A stretch of 64,000 nt of DNA from Xylographa opegraphella. Taxonomy: Eukaryota. Positions within the stretch are counted from its first letter, which is position 1. Every line of letters begins with the position of its first letter. Location of the stretch: assembly GCA_022813865.1 (NCBI GenBank), contig JALDZX010000005.1:62001-126000 (forward strand), in the 5' to 3' direction. The position numbers were made by a program, and so were the translations under genes. Of the stretch, positions 37,998-50,969 are shown piece by piece. The notes beneath the pieces are model-generated. The model made no database searches. It was given only the letters and a program-made list of their open reading frames with translations, and was not told the DNA's origin.

Positions 37998-38869
37998 TTG
38001 TGGTGGTTGCGAAGGATGGTGGAGGGGGTTGCGGAGTGGTTGGTGAGCTGAAGGTTGGAGAGATTAAGGGCGGCGAAGAGAGATTAGCTGTAGAGAGCTG
38101 TGTGGTATCTGTGAGAGAATTGGAAGCGATGTGGAATGAATAGTGGGAAGAGAGAGGTGGGCAGGTATAAATGGATGTCTCATATATACTTTAGGCGTGT
38201 GATTCTGAAGACATTTGAATTCTGGCCGCCCAGTTCCACAGCAAGCGAGAGTGATTTGGCGGTGGGAAATCGGTTCTGGATTTCGTATACAGGCCAAGTA
38301 GGTGACAATTTAAGTTTGGACGTGTGATCTTGGGCCCCTAGGCTTGAAAGAATGGTATGGAGGGGAATAGTTCAGCTAGAACCTTCTGTAGATTTGGGGA
38401 GTAGGAGATTTAGATTCGGACTGGGATACATTCTTTTAGGTGAACGGAGAGTGATACGACATAATGAAAGACGTGGCAAATCCTTCACATCAAATCTCGG
38501 AGTAATAACCAATCGGCACCAATGGAAAATGCCGGGGACAAAGAGAATGGTGTAGGTGGACAGTCGATACAGCATACTAGGTAGGCGGGTTAAGGCGAGG
38601 GTAGCGAAAATTTGTTAGGAATTCAAGCAGAGTGGCGAAGGAGGAAGCAGTCGTACTGTTGACAACCATCCGATGACAGCGCAGGAGTAATATTATCAGA
38701 CGATTTTGGAAGCAACACGTCAGTTCAGACCCGCTCCGAAGATGAGTCCCTAGGTGCCTATGTGGGTGTCCTTGCTGCCGCTAGAGATTCCTTTGACAAC
38801 GCCTACTGTGATCGATCTTCATGCTTCTGCGTGGCAGAGGCCGAGGAGACGGCTCCAGCTCTGCTGCTA

Positions 38870-40847
38870 CTAATCTGAGATATCGCTCAGCCCGCCAGCA
38901 CTGGAACTGTCGCCTCCCTCGGCCGCCTGCTTTTTCTTGCTGTTGCTTTTGCCCTTGCTCTTGACCTTCCCCTTCTGAGCAGCCTTTTGATCTTTGTCCT
39001 GCTTCCGCTCAAAAGCATCTTGAAGTTTATGTCGCTCTTGAGCCCCCTTGGTCGCGAGATCGCGTTCTAGCGTCTTAAATTCATCACTCTCGGGGTCCAT
39101 ACCTATCAGGCTTTCCAAGAGTTTAATCTCTGTTGCCCAAATCTTCTTGTCCTCGATTGGCTTCCCGTCGCTATCTTTGGAGTCGATGGGTGTTTCGAGG
39201 ACCAAAGGGAGATTTTCGAACCGCGGCTCGTTCATTACGTTGTGGAATGCTCGGAGACCGAGGAACCCAAGACCGATGTTCTGATGCAGATCTCGATGAC
39301 TCCTGAAGGGTCCTTTGGAATCGTTGATGTGAAGAGCACTGAGGTACTGCATCCCAACTATCTTGTCAAACTGGTCCAAAGTGTTGTTGAATGCTTCCGG
39401 TGTTCGAAGGTCATAGCCGGCAGCAAAAGTATGGCATGTATCTATGCAGACGCCAATTCGTGATTTGTCCTCGACTTGCTCAATAATATCTCGCAGATCT
39501 TCAAACGTGGCCCCGATCACGTTGCCCGCACCGGCCATGTTCTCGAGCAAGGGCTTCACCGTACTGGTCTCCATATGTGCACGATTCAAGGCTGCTGCAA
39601 TTCGAGAAATTGCTTGAGGTCTGGGTTGTGACAATGTACTGCCAGGATGAAAATTGTAAAGCTTGATACCCAGAGCCTCGCAGCGTTTCAGATCATCAAT
39701 GAATGCGTCGTATGCCTGCTTCGCCCGATCGGTATCTTCTTGTGCAAGGTTTACAAGGTACGACCCATGAGGGACGACGTGCCTAAAGTCCTCCCGATTA
39801 ATATTGGGTAAATCAGAGATAGGATACAGCTCTACATACTTTGCAGACTCATACTTGTGCTCTGCACAGAATGAATGGAACTGATCTCTATGGTCGTCTT
39901 GTAGCGGAGGATTATCCCACTTGCGTTGAGATTTGAGGAAACAGGCAAAAGAATTCGCCCTGAACACATCAGCCAAGGCAAGTCATTATGCCGTCTGTGC
40001 TCACGCACCCAATGTGAGCAGCATTCGTGACCGTGTTTTGCACTCCTGATTCGCATAGTCATATTAGTGAGGTTGTCCTTAACAAATGTTCATCCGCTGT
40101 CTTGCTGGATATGGACGTAGGAGACAAACCCTTGGCGCAACTGACGTGAGCACCAATATACATTCGCAACCCTTGAGTTCGAGCTGCCAACGGCATTGCT
40201 TCTCGCTCTTTCTCCTCTTTCGTCTTCCTTGCCCTTTTCTGTTTGGGCGACGGTTGGGCCCTTTCAGGCTCATCGGCCCCTTCTTCCTTCACGAGCACGG
40301 TTGATTCAATCTTTTTAGCTTTCTTCGTCTTTCGTGGTGAGTCCCGAAATTCCACCTCCTCCTCTTTCGCTACTATGGCCGCTGCGGCTGTTACCTTCCG
40401 AACCCTCTTTGGCTTTGCCACGAGGATCTCTTCCTCTTCCTCCACTACAGCCTCCACTCCTGCAACTTTTGCCCACGATGGCTTGCCCCTGAGGCCGGAT
40501 TTAGTTGGACGCTCTTCCTCTCCCTTCTTCGTAGCAATCGGTTGCTCAGATATGGTCTCGTCTACGACGACTTTGCCCCTGCTTGCCGTCGCCTTGGGTA
40601 CAGCAGCAGCAACTGCTGGTTGGCTATGATCCTTGTCGTCGGACTTGGTACGCGTGAGTCTAGCCTTCTTGCTCAACTTGGGAGTATCCGAGGCGTCTGC
40701 CGAACGCTTCTTCGATTTGGATAGCTCAGGTACGGAATCCTCATCACCGTCAACAAGGGAGTTCTCAAGTTGTCCCCCATTGGTGGCATGACTTCCCGAT
40801 TCTAAGCGAGTGCCAGCAACGCTCCGAGTAGGTTGACGTCGAGGCAT
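38870..40847 (-). CDS. apn1: AP endonuclease 1 (endonuclease IV family) with long basic N-terminal extension
   Basis: IGAHVSCAKG|VQNTVTNAAHIG|ANSFACFLKSQRKW, PHGSYLVNL, YNFHPG, LLENMAG, CIDTCHTFAAGYD, HINDSK, DLHQNIG and LETP; three introns. Confidence 0.96.
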
Positions 40848-41243
40848 TGGACGGTATTCTGCAACTCTCCTTTGAGAACGCGAGACCCGACAGCGACGGC
40901 GACACCCGCTAGCTAAGGTAGGCGGTAGTCAGTAGGTAGTCCTAAATCGTCGGAATCGGGGCTGGGTTGGACCGACGGCTCTACTTGGGGCTCTGTCATC
41001 AGATCGGGAGCTTATTCACGCCGGCTTGGTTCGTGGTTCTATGCTAGGAGTCGGGACCAGGTCTGGGAACAGACATAGCGGAAGCGTCTGTTCTGTTGGG
41101 CAGAATGTCTATATATATGTAGGAAAGCCATCTGTAGAAGCAGCGTACTCCAGATACCGTTTAATCTGAACTCTCGTACACCCAGTCAAAATTCACCATT
41201 ACTGTACGAAATTTTTGTAGCGGTTCGATCATAGTCACACACA

Positions 41244-42065
41244 ATGAAAATCATCCTCACAGGCTCGACCGGCTTTATCGGCTCAGAGATCCTTCACCAA
41301 TGCATACAACATCCGGACATATCATCCATCGTAGCACTTTCGCGGCGCGAGTTGCCCAAGGATGTCACCAGTAATGCAAAGCTGGAAGTGATAATTCAGC
41401 AAGATTTCACCGGTTACAGTGATGATGTCTTGAAACGTCTGGCAGGTGCGGAGGCATGCATCTGGTATGGATTGCCGGAAGCCCCTTTCTATATCTAGAT
41501 ATATCAACTGATTATGGTGTGCAGGGCGCTGGGAAACGCAACTACGAATCCCGAAGCTGGCCGAAAGGCAAATTTCGACACCACTCTGGCAGGAGCAGAG
41601 ACGTTTGCCACATCTTTACCGTTGCAACCCGACTCCAGAAAGCCGTTGCGTTTCGTGTATGTCAGCGGCATGTTAGCGGAAAGGGACCAGAAGAAGACGT
41701 TATGGTTCGCACAAGAGGGTCGCCGAATGCGGGTATTTTGCATCCCCATCACGAAGCATAAGCACCCTTTATGATGCTCAATACTGAAAGGCGAATAGGG
41801 GCAGATTGAAAAGGCGCTCGTCGAGCTGCAGAAGCAACACAACGACAGCATTACAACATTCATAGTAAGGCCCTGGATGGTGCTGTCCAAGGAGCGGACG
41901 GCCATGAGCGCCATTGCCAGCGTGGGCCCTTCGATCAGGGTGGACGAATTAGCAGCGGCCGCAGTGAACATTGCGCTGACTGGCGGTGACAGCCAGATTG
42001 TGGACAACGGAGTGCTTGTCAAGCAGGGCAGGCAGATGGTGAGGTTGAAATCGAAGGCTGTTTAA
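41244..42065 (+). CDS. NAD(P)-binding Rossmann-fold protein (atypical SDR / NDP-sugar epimerase-like)
   Basis: MKIILTGSTGFIGSE, ALSRR, ACIW|ALG, FVYVSG and IVRPWMV; two introns. Confidence 0.9.
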
Positions 42066-44231
42066 AGGTCAAATGGCAAGGGCGGTCGGAAAGGCGCCAT
42101 CTCGGACCTTTTATCCTGTCGCTTCTCATTCGCTCGAGACGTGTGACATCTTGTGCATTTTGCTAGCCTCGAGTCGAGTACGGAGTAGATTTACGCAGTC
42201 GAGCACATTGAAATTCCCGCGTCTTGGCCGGCAGAGAATGTCCGCGTGTCGCGAAACTGACGCGTCTATCCTTAGGCTGTAGGATGCCCGAACATGGATC
42301 CGAGGGAAGCACGCGTCTGTGCGAGCGTCCGACCAACGCCAAATCGATTACTATTGGACACTTGCCAATAGTCTCCGCCGATCGGACGTCGGAACCTCAG
42401 AACGCGCACCGCGCCTCATACTGCTTCAGCAAGCCTTCGCGATTGATATCGATAGGATAGCACAGCGGGACCGTAGCGGGGGTCACAGGAGAGACACTGC
42501 AGCCGCCCCTCGACGCTTCTGCGACTACTCGTTGCAGCACGCGGATTTCGGTCCGCTAAGAGTGATGTAGCATTCTGTGGGCGAGCATTGGGCCAATGCA
42601 GACTTCCACTCGGGCATTGATGCATTCATCCCATCTTGTTCGTCCGGAGAACGACGCAAACTCGCCTCGAACCTGCAGTCTGGTCACGGTGTTTCGGAGC
42701 AATTCACAGTCCAGCCTACGCAAGCGCATGCCTCCAGCGTGAGATGAGCCATCGAGTGAAACGGTTGCGCATCATGAGCGCGTACGGAAACACCACTGGG
42801 ACACTGCTATATCGTAGCATGACTGCGTAGTTCGGCCCAAGAATTGGCCGGAGATGGAGACATGTACATAGGAGGGAGCATATGTGTAACGTAGTCTAAA
42901 TAATGTGTAAGTCATCACGAGTAGGTATCTGAGTTCAAGATCTGTGAAGGACGGACGGCAGGGGTGCAGTATCTGGACGCGTGTGGACAGTCCTTGTTGA
43001 ACGCGTCGGAGGTGCATGACCTGCATGCGTCATCGGCTCCTCCAGCTTACGCTTCCCTTGACTGGGACGGTGACCCGGCAGGCTCCTCAGCCGACTGTAG
43101 ATGTGATAGGCTGTGGAGAGGCAGGACTCCTCGTCGTGCTCGTGAGATGGTGCTTGATTCTGCGTGAGGAGACTTACACTGGTGGGTGGGTGCTCAAGAG
43201 GCCCACCGACCTTGTGGTCTCCGTCGCTCTCGCCAGTCAATACTGCAGGGCTTACCGTGGTAGCATACCTTACATGGTTGACAGGCCGGATACGAGGCCT
43301 CGCAGTGGGCCTATGGCCGCGGCCGCTGGGAGCTGTGCACAGCAACAAGTTGTCGTCCGGTGTTGACGGTTGAGGCAGTCTCTGCGCTTGCTCAAACGGA
43401 CGGAACATTTCTGCGCACTATCTAGACTAGCACGAATCCGGAGTGAAGCGAGCGTCCAGATCGACCATCAACCGACCGCTTCCTTCAACCAAAACTCAAC
43501 TCAACCCACACCACCTCCACTCGTTGCTCCACTCGTTGCTCCATCCTCACTCCCTCGGGTGGTGTCCTGCTTGTCCCGTTGCTGCTTCGAAGTTGCCGCT
43601 TCTCTTCAGTATCTATCGCTCGTTCTGCTCTCGACGATCGACCGCCAAGTTCGATGAGCGCGTTGGCGTTGACGTTGACGTCGAAGTAGCTTGTCGCGTC
43701 TGGTACCAGCCACACAACTTCAACCTCCACGAACTCAAATTCGCACGATCCAACAGTGTTGCGCGGCTATCGGATCGCGATATCAAGATATTGGGACTGG
43801 TATCATCGCTGCTGCTCACCCACTTTCGTGCGAACGATGGGCTTGGTCAGCGTTACGAAACGGTAGACTCAAGCTGCGAGACAACGCCTGGGCCGACACT
43901 CACAGCATGCGCTGACGCGATTCCTTCAAAGATCCAAGCCATATGATATAGCTATCTGAACCGTGCTCAAACTCGCTTTCTCTCAATCTGAACCGCCCCT
44001 GTTCTCATCGAGCAACTTTCGGCCTGACTGTTGGGCCTCGGAACATTTCAACACATTTGCTTCTTAACTTCGCTACGACGACTGTCTCACTACTCGCCAG
44101 AGACATTCTGCTTGAATGTCCCATCACTGAGATAGGCACATAGTCTAGGTCTCGCTTCCCTCCAACGAGATCTGTTCGTTTACCACAACCCATCCGTCGC
44201 TTGACTAAGCGTTTGAACACTCTAAGCTACA

Positions 44232-46202
44232 ATGGCACCTCGTGCACGGCCCCAGCTTTCCATTACACTTCCACGAAACTTTACATTCCACTACACCGAA
44301 GGTGAAGAGCCGAAGACACCGGAACGAGAGGTTGCACCGGAAGAACCAGCAGTGCCCAAACCTCCTTCACCACATACATATCGCATTCGTCGACGTACCC
44401 GACCGAACATTGCTTCTCCCGCTAGGTATAACCCCAGCGGTGCAACCAAGCCCGCAGAGGATATCCCAATTCCCACCATAGAGATACCCGCCTCATCCGA
44501 GCCTGCAAGACCACAATTTACAGCCGAACCTGCCAAGGGTTACCTTGCACCTTTCCTCTCTTTGCGCTCAGCAACTGCGCCTCGGACGCCTTTGACACAA
44601 CGCAATTCCTTTGGGTGTGACTGGAATACAACAGATCAGCATAATATTGGAGAATCGATCGCCCGTCCCATGTCTGCGTGCTCTATCTTGTCAGACTCTT
44701 CGAATGATTCATTTGATAGCTCGGAAGATTGCCCTTCTCGGGGTGGAAGCTGTACGAGTCCTGAAAGCGACACTGCTGATCCATTCCGCTTTTCACTCAT
44801 CAAGAAGAACAAGTCCAAGGCAAACCTGTCACTTATTCAAGAGTCTCCCACGGTCGTCAAAGGCAATCGCTTCAGACCCAAAATCATTCAGTGGACGCCA
44901 GAAATGGATAGACACATCTGGACAACTTATATGATCTATCTGCAAGATCCCACAATGACCCCATTCAAAATGCTTCCTGGTAGTCCCCCTCCACTCGGGG
45001 TATGTCATCGCGTCACTCGCGAGGCGAAGAGGACCTGGCGAAATCCCAAACCCGATATGACAGACGCAACACGTTCAGATGCGAGCGAGCGAGGGGGCGT
45101 GACCAATCGCGGAGACTCACCAGATACAATCAAGGCTGAACGGAGTGGCAGCAGTACTCCTACCACAAGACCAATGATGAAGGCGCCAATTTGGCCCAAG
45201 TCGAACTCTGCTACTCGACGACGATTAAGATTTCTATGTAAGAACAAAGCTACCATAGCCCCGCACTATCAACGATTACTTCAGAGCCGGAGTCCGACCC
45301 CGTTTATGTCGTCCTCACGATCCCACTCTCACTCCGGTCGTATGTCGACCCCACTCAACGCAGACATGCATACCTCGCCTTTCTCGACTCGAGATATTCA
45401 GGTCTCCTTGACCACAAGCACGGCAACGACTATGCAGCGCAATGCGCCTTTAGCACAGTTGACACAACCCTTTCACGCTGGGCCCTCAAGTGCCAATGAA
45501 TGGTTCAATGATCCAAGCGTTCCTTGGGCCTCCCCCGCACCAGTACCATCGGAGGTGGATCATGAGACGGGAAACATAAGAAATCAGGTGGCCGAACTGC
45601 CTCGACTTGGTTCTCCGTTTGGGTATCATACCTGGGGTCCGAGTCGTTCGCGGCAGCATCTGAGACCAAGTACCCCAAGAACTCAATCAGATATGTCCAT
45701 TCAAGGTCCTCAGCTGGCATCGCCTGTCCAATTCGGCACTTTTCCGTATCCTAGCACCCAGAAACGCCGAGCACAGCACCAATTGGAAGAGGAACTCAGT
45801 CCTGGAGGTACGGATTTGAGGAAAAGTATGCTGGAAGAAATCTTCAGGGACCAATCTGCAGCCTCGTCTCGACGTGTTCGCAGTCGTGGTTTCACTGTAG
45901 GGGATGTAACCATTCACGATCGATTAACTAAGCTCTTCGCATCCTCAGCTAATGGGGTTCCATTCGAAGATGCTCCTGTGGCAGAGGCTGCCGTTCGTGA
46001 TGAGGCTATCTTGACTGCGCATGCTCAAGCTGATTCAATCCGACGCCTTGGATCACCCTTCAACGGTATCAATACTCGTCCGTCAAGATTACGTAGTCGA
46101 CATGTGGCATCGGCAAGCCTTTCATCTTATGATCCTAACACCTTTTCTTCCATTGATCAGCGTCTGGGCGAAACAGCCTTCCAGCGCGACACTCAATTGT
46201 GA
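44232..46202 (+). CDS. Hypothetical Ser/Pro-rich protein (656 aa) with one folded-looking core
   Basis: Long intronless ORF; core WTPEMDRHIWTTYMIYLQDPTMTPFKMLPGSPPPLGVCHRV; repeated RLGSPF motif. Confidence 0.85.
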   Translation: MAPRARPQLSITLPRNFTFHYTEGEEPKTPEREVAPEEPAVPKPPSPHTYRIRRRTRPNIASPARYNPSGATKPAEDIPIPTIEIPASSEPARPQFTAEPAKGYLAPFLSLRSATAPRTPLTQRNSFGCDWNTTDQHNIGESIARPMSACSILSDSSNDSFDSSEDCPSRGGSCTSPESDTADPFRFSLIKKNKSKANLSLIQESPTVVKGNRFRPKIIQWTPEMDRHIWTTYMIYLQDPTMTPFKMLPGSPPPLGVCHRVTREAKRTWRNPKPDMTDATRSDASERGGVTNRGDSPDTIKAERSGSSTPTTRPMMKAPIWPKSNSATRRRLRFLCKNKATIAPHYQRLLQSRSPTPFMSSSRSHSHSGRMSTPLNADMHTSPFSTRDIQVSLTTSTATTMQRNAPLAQLTQPFHAGPSSANEWFNDPSVPWASPAPVPSEVDHETGNIRNQVAELPRLGSPFGYHTWGPSRSRQHLRPSTPRTQSDMSIQGPQLASPVQFGTFPYPSTQKRRAQHQLEEELSPGGTDLRKSMLEEIFRDQSAASSRRVRSRGFTVGDVTIHDRLTKLFASSANGVPFEDAPVAEAAVRDEAILTAHAQADSIRRLGSPFNGINTRPSRLRSRHVASASLSSYDPNTFSSIDQRLGETAFQRDTQL

Positions 46203-47279
46203 ATCGGAATTATGGTACAATGACTTCGGCGTTTAAACTGACCATGTCATCATAGATGATTTAAGTAACCCACAACTACTAAATATGCACAACGGGTCTT
46301 ACTACCGGAGCCCTTCAAACCGACTTTTGCAATCTAGATTTGCAATTTCTGGCACACCATTTCGCACGACTTACTTTTACGATTTCACGATTCGCTTCCA
46401 CTTTGTGCCTTGTTACAGCAACAACATGCACCACAAACCATTTGGAGAGCGTCTTGCTCTGTTCACCTTCGATTTTACAGAGAGCGATCATTTGCTTCTT
46501 CGGTTTTGAACCATTTTACCAGCGGACCCGTGAACCAGCATTGTCACACTTCAGACTCAATAGAGCCATTAGCGTGTCATTTCGACCGAAAACTTACTCA
46601 CTCATGACCCTTGTGCTTGCTTGGTGTTCCCAGTCACCAACCAGCTTCTTGGGTCCGGTCCTGCCTTTTTCCAGCCAAAAACACCCCCCTTTTCTAATCG
46701 ATGATTCTACACGATCCTGATCCATGCTGACGACTTCCACACGAATCGACCGACATTGCATGTGGCGTTGGGGACGGATAGTTTGCGATTGCGACCTGCG
46801 CTTCGGATTTTGCCACATGGCACTTTGCATTTGTGGACTACATGCGCCTTTGATAAGACGATTGGGTTGTGCCATTTAGGTCTCGTTTACTGCGTGCTCG
46901 CATGGGTTTTCAGGCCGCGGCTCGACGAGACATGATCTGGTTTGGCTACAAGTCTCACATACTCGTCTTTGCGGACTGCGATGTACCTAGGATACAACAC
47001 ATTGTAAGGTCAGCATCAATGCGCGCTGGCGTAGAGAATCTCCTGTGTCACTTCAAAAGACCGGTGTCTCACCCGTGACAAAAGACAACTGCAGACGACG
47101 ACTCAGCTATACCGTGCACAGTATTTCTCGTGACGCTCTGAGACCGCGAAAGTTCAGAACAGATCTACAATCGAGTAAATGCTACAGTGATTCCTAACCC
47201 CCCGCGCCAAAACCCCATTGAACAACCATCGGCCCCCAAACTCCTCCATCCTCACGTAAACCCAACAACCCCAACCCAC

Positions 47280-50200
47280 TCACCTCCGCCCCCCTTTCAC
47301 CCGCTCCTCCAGCCTCTTCAACCCAGCCCTCAGCCCCCTCTTCTCCCCATGCTCCACCAACCACGCCTCCATCTCCGCCCTCACCTCCCTTAGCCGTCTC
47401 CCAATCGGCAACCTCCCCCCCTCTTCGGCCCGCACATACTGCCCCGGATTGAGCAAAGCATCGAAGAAGGCGCCCCACAGCTCCGTGGCCCAGTAGCGCC
47501 TCAGCGGCTCGCGCAGGCGATGCCGCGGCAGGGCCGAGGGGCCGATCTGGCGCTCGTCGACGGAGGCGCCCGGCACGCCGGACGCGGGCCCCGGCTTGAG
47601 CAGGACGTCGTCGAGCCAGCGGCCGAAGAGCAGGACGTGCACGACGCCGGCGAGGCCCCAGTAGTCGGCGTGGAAGGACCAGGGGCGGGCGTTGCGCATC
47701 TCGGGGCAGTCCTGTTTGGACGTCTTCCAGTCGGCGATGAAGGAGACGGTGGGGTGGAAGGCGCGCATGTCGATGCCGCGGCCGAAGTCGATGAGCGTGA
47801 GGCCCTTGGCGACCCAGCCGCCGGCGCCGGTGGGGGAGTAGGCCGGCGCCCAGTCGGCGTCGGGGAGAGGAGGCAGGCGCACGAGGCAGTTGTCGGCTTT
47901 GAGGTCGCCGTGCATGAGGCCGTGGGCGTGCAGGGCGTCGATCGTGCGGAGGAGCTCGACGGCGAAGAATAGTGCGAGCGGCTCGTCGAGGGAGGGCACC
48001 GGGGTGGTGGGGGAGGCACAGGCGTTGACGGCGTCGAGAAGGGTGCCTTGGGGTTGGTAGGCTTCGAGCAGGTAGCCTTCGTCGGCGAAGAGGTGGAGGG
48101 CGTGCGGGCGGAGGATTGAGTCTGCGGCACGGTGGGAGGCGAGACGGGCGTGTGCTGTTGTCATGATGTAGAATTCCCAGGGTGTAGGCGGTTGTTCGGC
48201 TTTGATGGCGATTTGGGTGGATGGGTCGGAGGTAAGGGAGGCGAGGTAGACGGGAGCGAAGGCGCCTTTGCCGAGCTCGCGTATGATGTTGTACGTGCTG
48301 GGTGTTTCGCAAGGAAAGCAAAGGGTTGGAGGCACAGAGAGGTTGGTGGTTGTTTTCTCAGCGGCATTTTTCGAAACTTTGGCGAGAGCTTTGACGAATT
48401 TACGGAGCTCGGATCCTTTAGCACAGATTTGGGGGCGGTAATCGTAGAAGCCGGGAAAGGACGAGAGGGGAGGTTGAATATTTTCGAGGACGGAGTTGCG
48501 GATGGAATCGTCCACTGGATTGCATTGGGTGTCTTTGATAATGGGTCCCTTGGTGACTTTTACCGTTGCAGATGATATCTTCGTTGAGCTTTTGGACTTT
48601 GTCAAGTTGTTCTTTGGCCGGTTCACTTTTGTTTCATTGACAATATCTTGGAATGGACTGCTGAGAAGAACATCAACTTCCGGGATCACCGGTGTCTGGT
48701 CTCCTTTTCGTCGTGAAGGTGTTTTGGAGCTGAAGTAGTCTTTTTCTGTCCGAGCTGTGGGGAGACCTATTGAGGACTCCGTTTTTTCCACTATTGGAGT
48801 CATAAAAGGAAGGCGGTTTTGCGAAATCTGTGAGGTATCTCGATACGAATGTGTTGGTGGTTCATAATCCTCCGGAGGTAGTGGGATGTACTTCGTATGC
48901 GTCGTTTCCACATTCGGACTTGGAGATATTGGGGTCACCATCTCTTCAGCTACATCTTTAGCCCCTCGCGCCACGCCACCTTCATCAATTTGGTCCGTGA
49001 TTTCTTCATCTTCATGGGCGGCGTGGTTTGGTACGTGCTTACTAGCTGTAAACTCCGACCATACATCGGTACTCCTTGAAGTTGACGTGTCTGGTCCAGT
49101 CTCTCGAGGAACACCAGTTTCATCATCACCGAACTCGCTTGTACCAGATATTCTACCTGTACCAGTGCTCTCGCCAGCGCTCGTGTAATCGTCATCATCG
49201 TAGTCGCTACCATCAGCACTATCGGCTCGACTATTCAAACCGACATTCCGAAGAGGCTGATTAAAAATGTCAAGTATGTCATCTGTGGCTGCACGTGTAT
49301 GCAGTGTCATAGTCGGTTCCGATGAGTTCTTCCGTCTTATTTTAGGTCCTGTAGGAGACTCGAGGTTTGTCTTGACTGGAGAATAAATTAGCAGAAAGGA
49401 AATCACGCCACTTTTGAGGTCTTACTAGTTTGTGCTTCTGCTTTGACTTCCATGATTCTTTTCTTTCGTGGTCTCGTACTTCGGTCATCTCGATTTTCAT
49501 CCTCTCCGGCAGTCGTGTCAAGCAGTTCCTGGTCGGCACCCTCATCGGCAATATTCAACTCTTCTCGGACCTTCAATGCAAGGATAGCATCATCTTCTCT
49601 TTCAACACCCTCCACGAGTGGCATATCGTCATAGCTTTCTTGACATTGGTTACCAAGCTCTTCTGGTATCTGCTGTGCTGACTTTCTCGGCCATGACTTG
49701 TCAAGCCAGCCTCGATGTCTTGCCCTCAGTTCTTCAAAGCTATACTCTTCATTAGAATCATTAGGGTTGGGATACACTGCTTCAAGGTTCACGAAAACAC
49801 GTTCCACTTTTCCTGTTCGAGGATTCACAGCCTCCTGTTGATCTGCATATACTGATGCTATTTGTGACTTCGGCTCTGATACATGTTTTGTAGACTAATT
49901 ACAGAGAAATGCCAATGCCAGCAATTAGTCCTGTGATCGTAAATAGGTGAACATTAGAGACATTTATGCAACTTACATCATCTTTAAATATCATCATCTT
50001 GGGTGGCCCGCCAAGTTTCTTCCCGGCTTTCAGTGTCTCTCCAGCCCACGGCCTTGCTTGAACTGTGTTTTCCTTCTTGCGTTCCTGTATTGATCCAATA
50101 TTGTCCCATCCTTTCGAGGTATCTCTAATTGGGGCTTTCGTATTGGAAACTAGCCCGTCCGCGTCAGAGAATATCGCGAGCTTCTGTCGACCTCGAGAAG

Positions 50201-50969
50201 TAGAATTGCTGTTGATTATTGACGGAAGTTTCTGCGCTTGGGGGTCCGATGACCTCGGAGTTGACAAGGCGAACGGATCTATCTTCGCCACAAGGGCTGG
50301 ACGTACCGTTGGTAGTGCTGGCGAGGTTGGCTCATCGGCATCTCTGGACCTTTGCTCGGCTCTCTGCTGAAATTCGCCAAATTTCCTCAATAGACGTTCC
50401 GCGGGGCGTGCTTCACGTTCTATACCAAGTTTGAAGACTTCTTCCGCTTGTGTCCATCTACCTACACCTTCTAACCAGGCTGCAAATTCTTCGTAGAATA
50501 GTGCAAGGCCTTCACCGATACTATGCCGCGCAAGGTATGCAAATGTCTCTTTTGGCGCATCCGAGAAAAATCGTATGTAGCTGAGCCATAACTTCAAGTA
50601 CCTCGGATCGTTCTTGTAGTGGGTAACCGTTTGGAAAGACTTCGTCGCGCGTTCCAGTAATGGCCGGAGCTGCGATTCAGGTGTCGCTTGAGCTGATGGA
50701 TAGGCGTTGAGTGTCCACTTCACAAAGCGATCGTATATATCTAGTGGATCGTCCGAATCCGCTATCGCAAGCAATTCCAGCTCGTACTCCTGCCGAATTG
50801 CATCATTGAGATTTCGTGTTGCCCCTGGTGTAGATGTGGTAGAGAAAAGTGGTGCAGGCGCGAATGTCGATGCCAACGCTTTCGCAGATCGACCTTGAGG
50901 TAGAGACTGAATGTTTTCTTTCTGTGTCTCTATAATGTCAAAATCAATTAAATCCTCGATGATTGCCAT
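47280..50969 (-). CDS. bub1: Spindle checkpoint kinase Bub1/Mad3 (KEN box, TPR, GLEBS, kinase)
   Basis: QKENIQ KEN box, DDPLDIY...YKNDPRYLKLW TPR region, second KEN (KKENT), GLEBS EEYSFEELRAR, kinase motifs GKGAFAPV / HGDLKADN / IDFG; two introns. Confidence 0.96.

Noticed and set aside
47194..48321. Long alternative-frame and antisense ORFs over BUB1, the 37.4-38.0 kb gene and the peptidase gene
   Set aside because: Explained by stop-codon depletion in GC-rich, skewed DNA; the translations are low-complexity.
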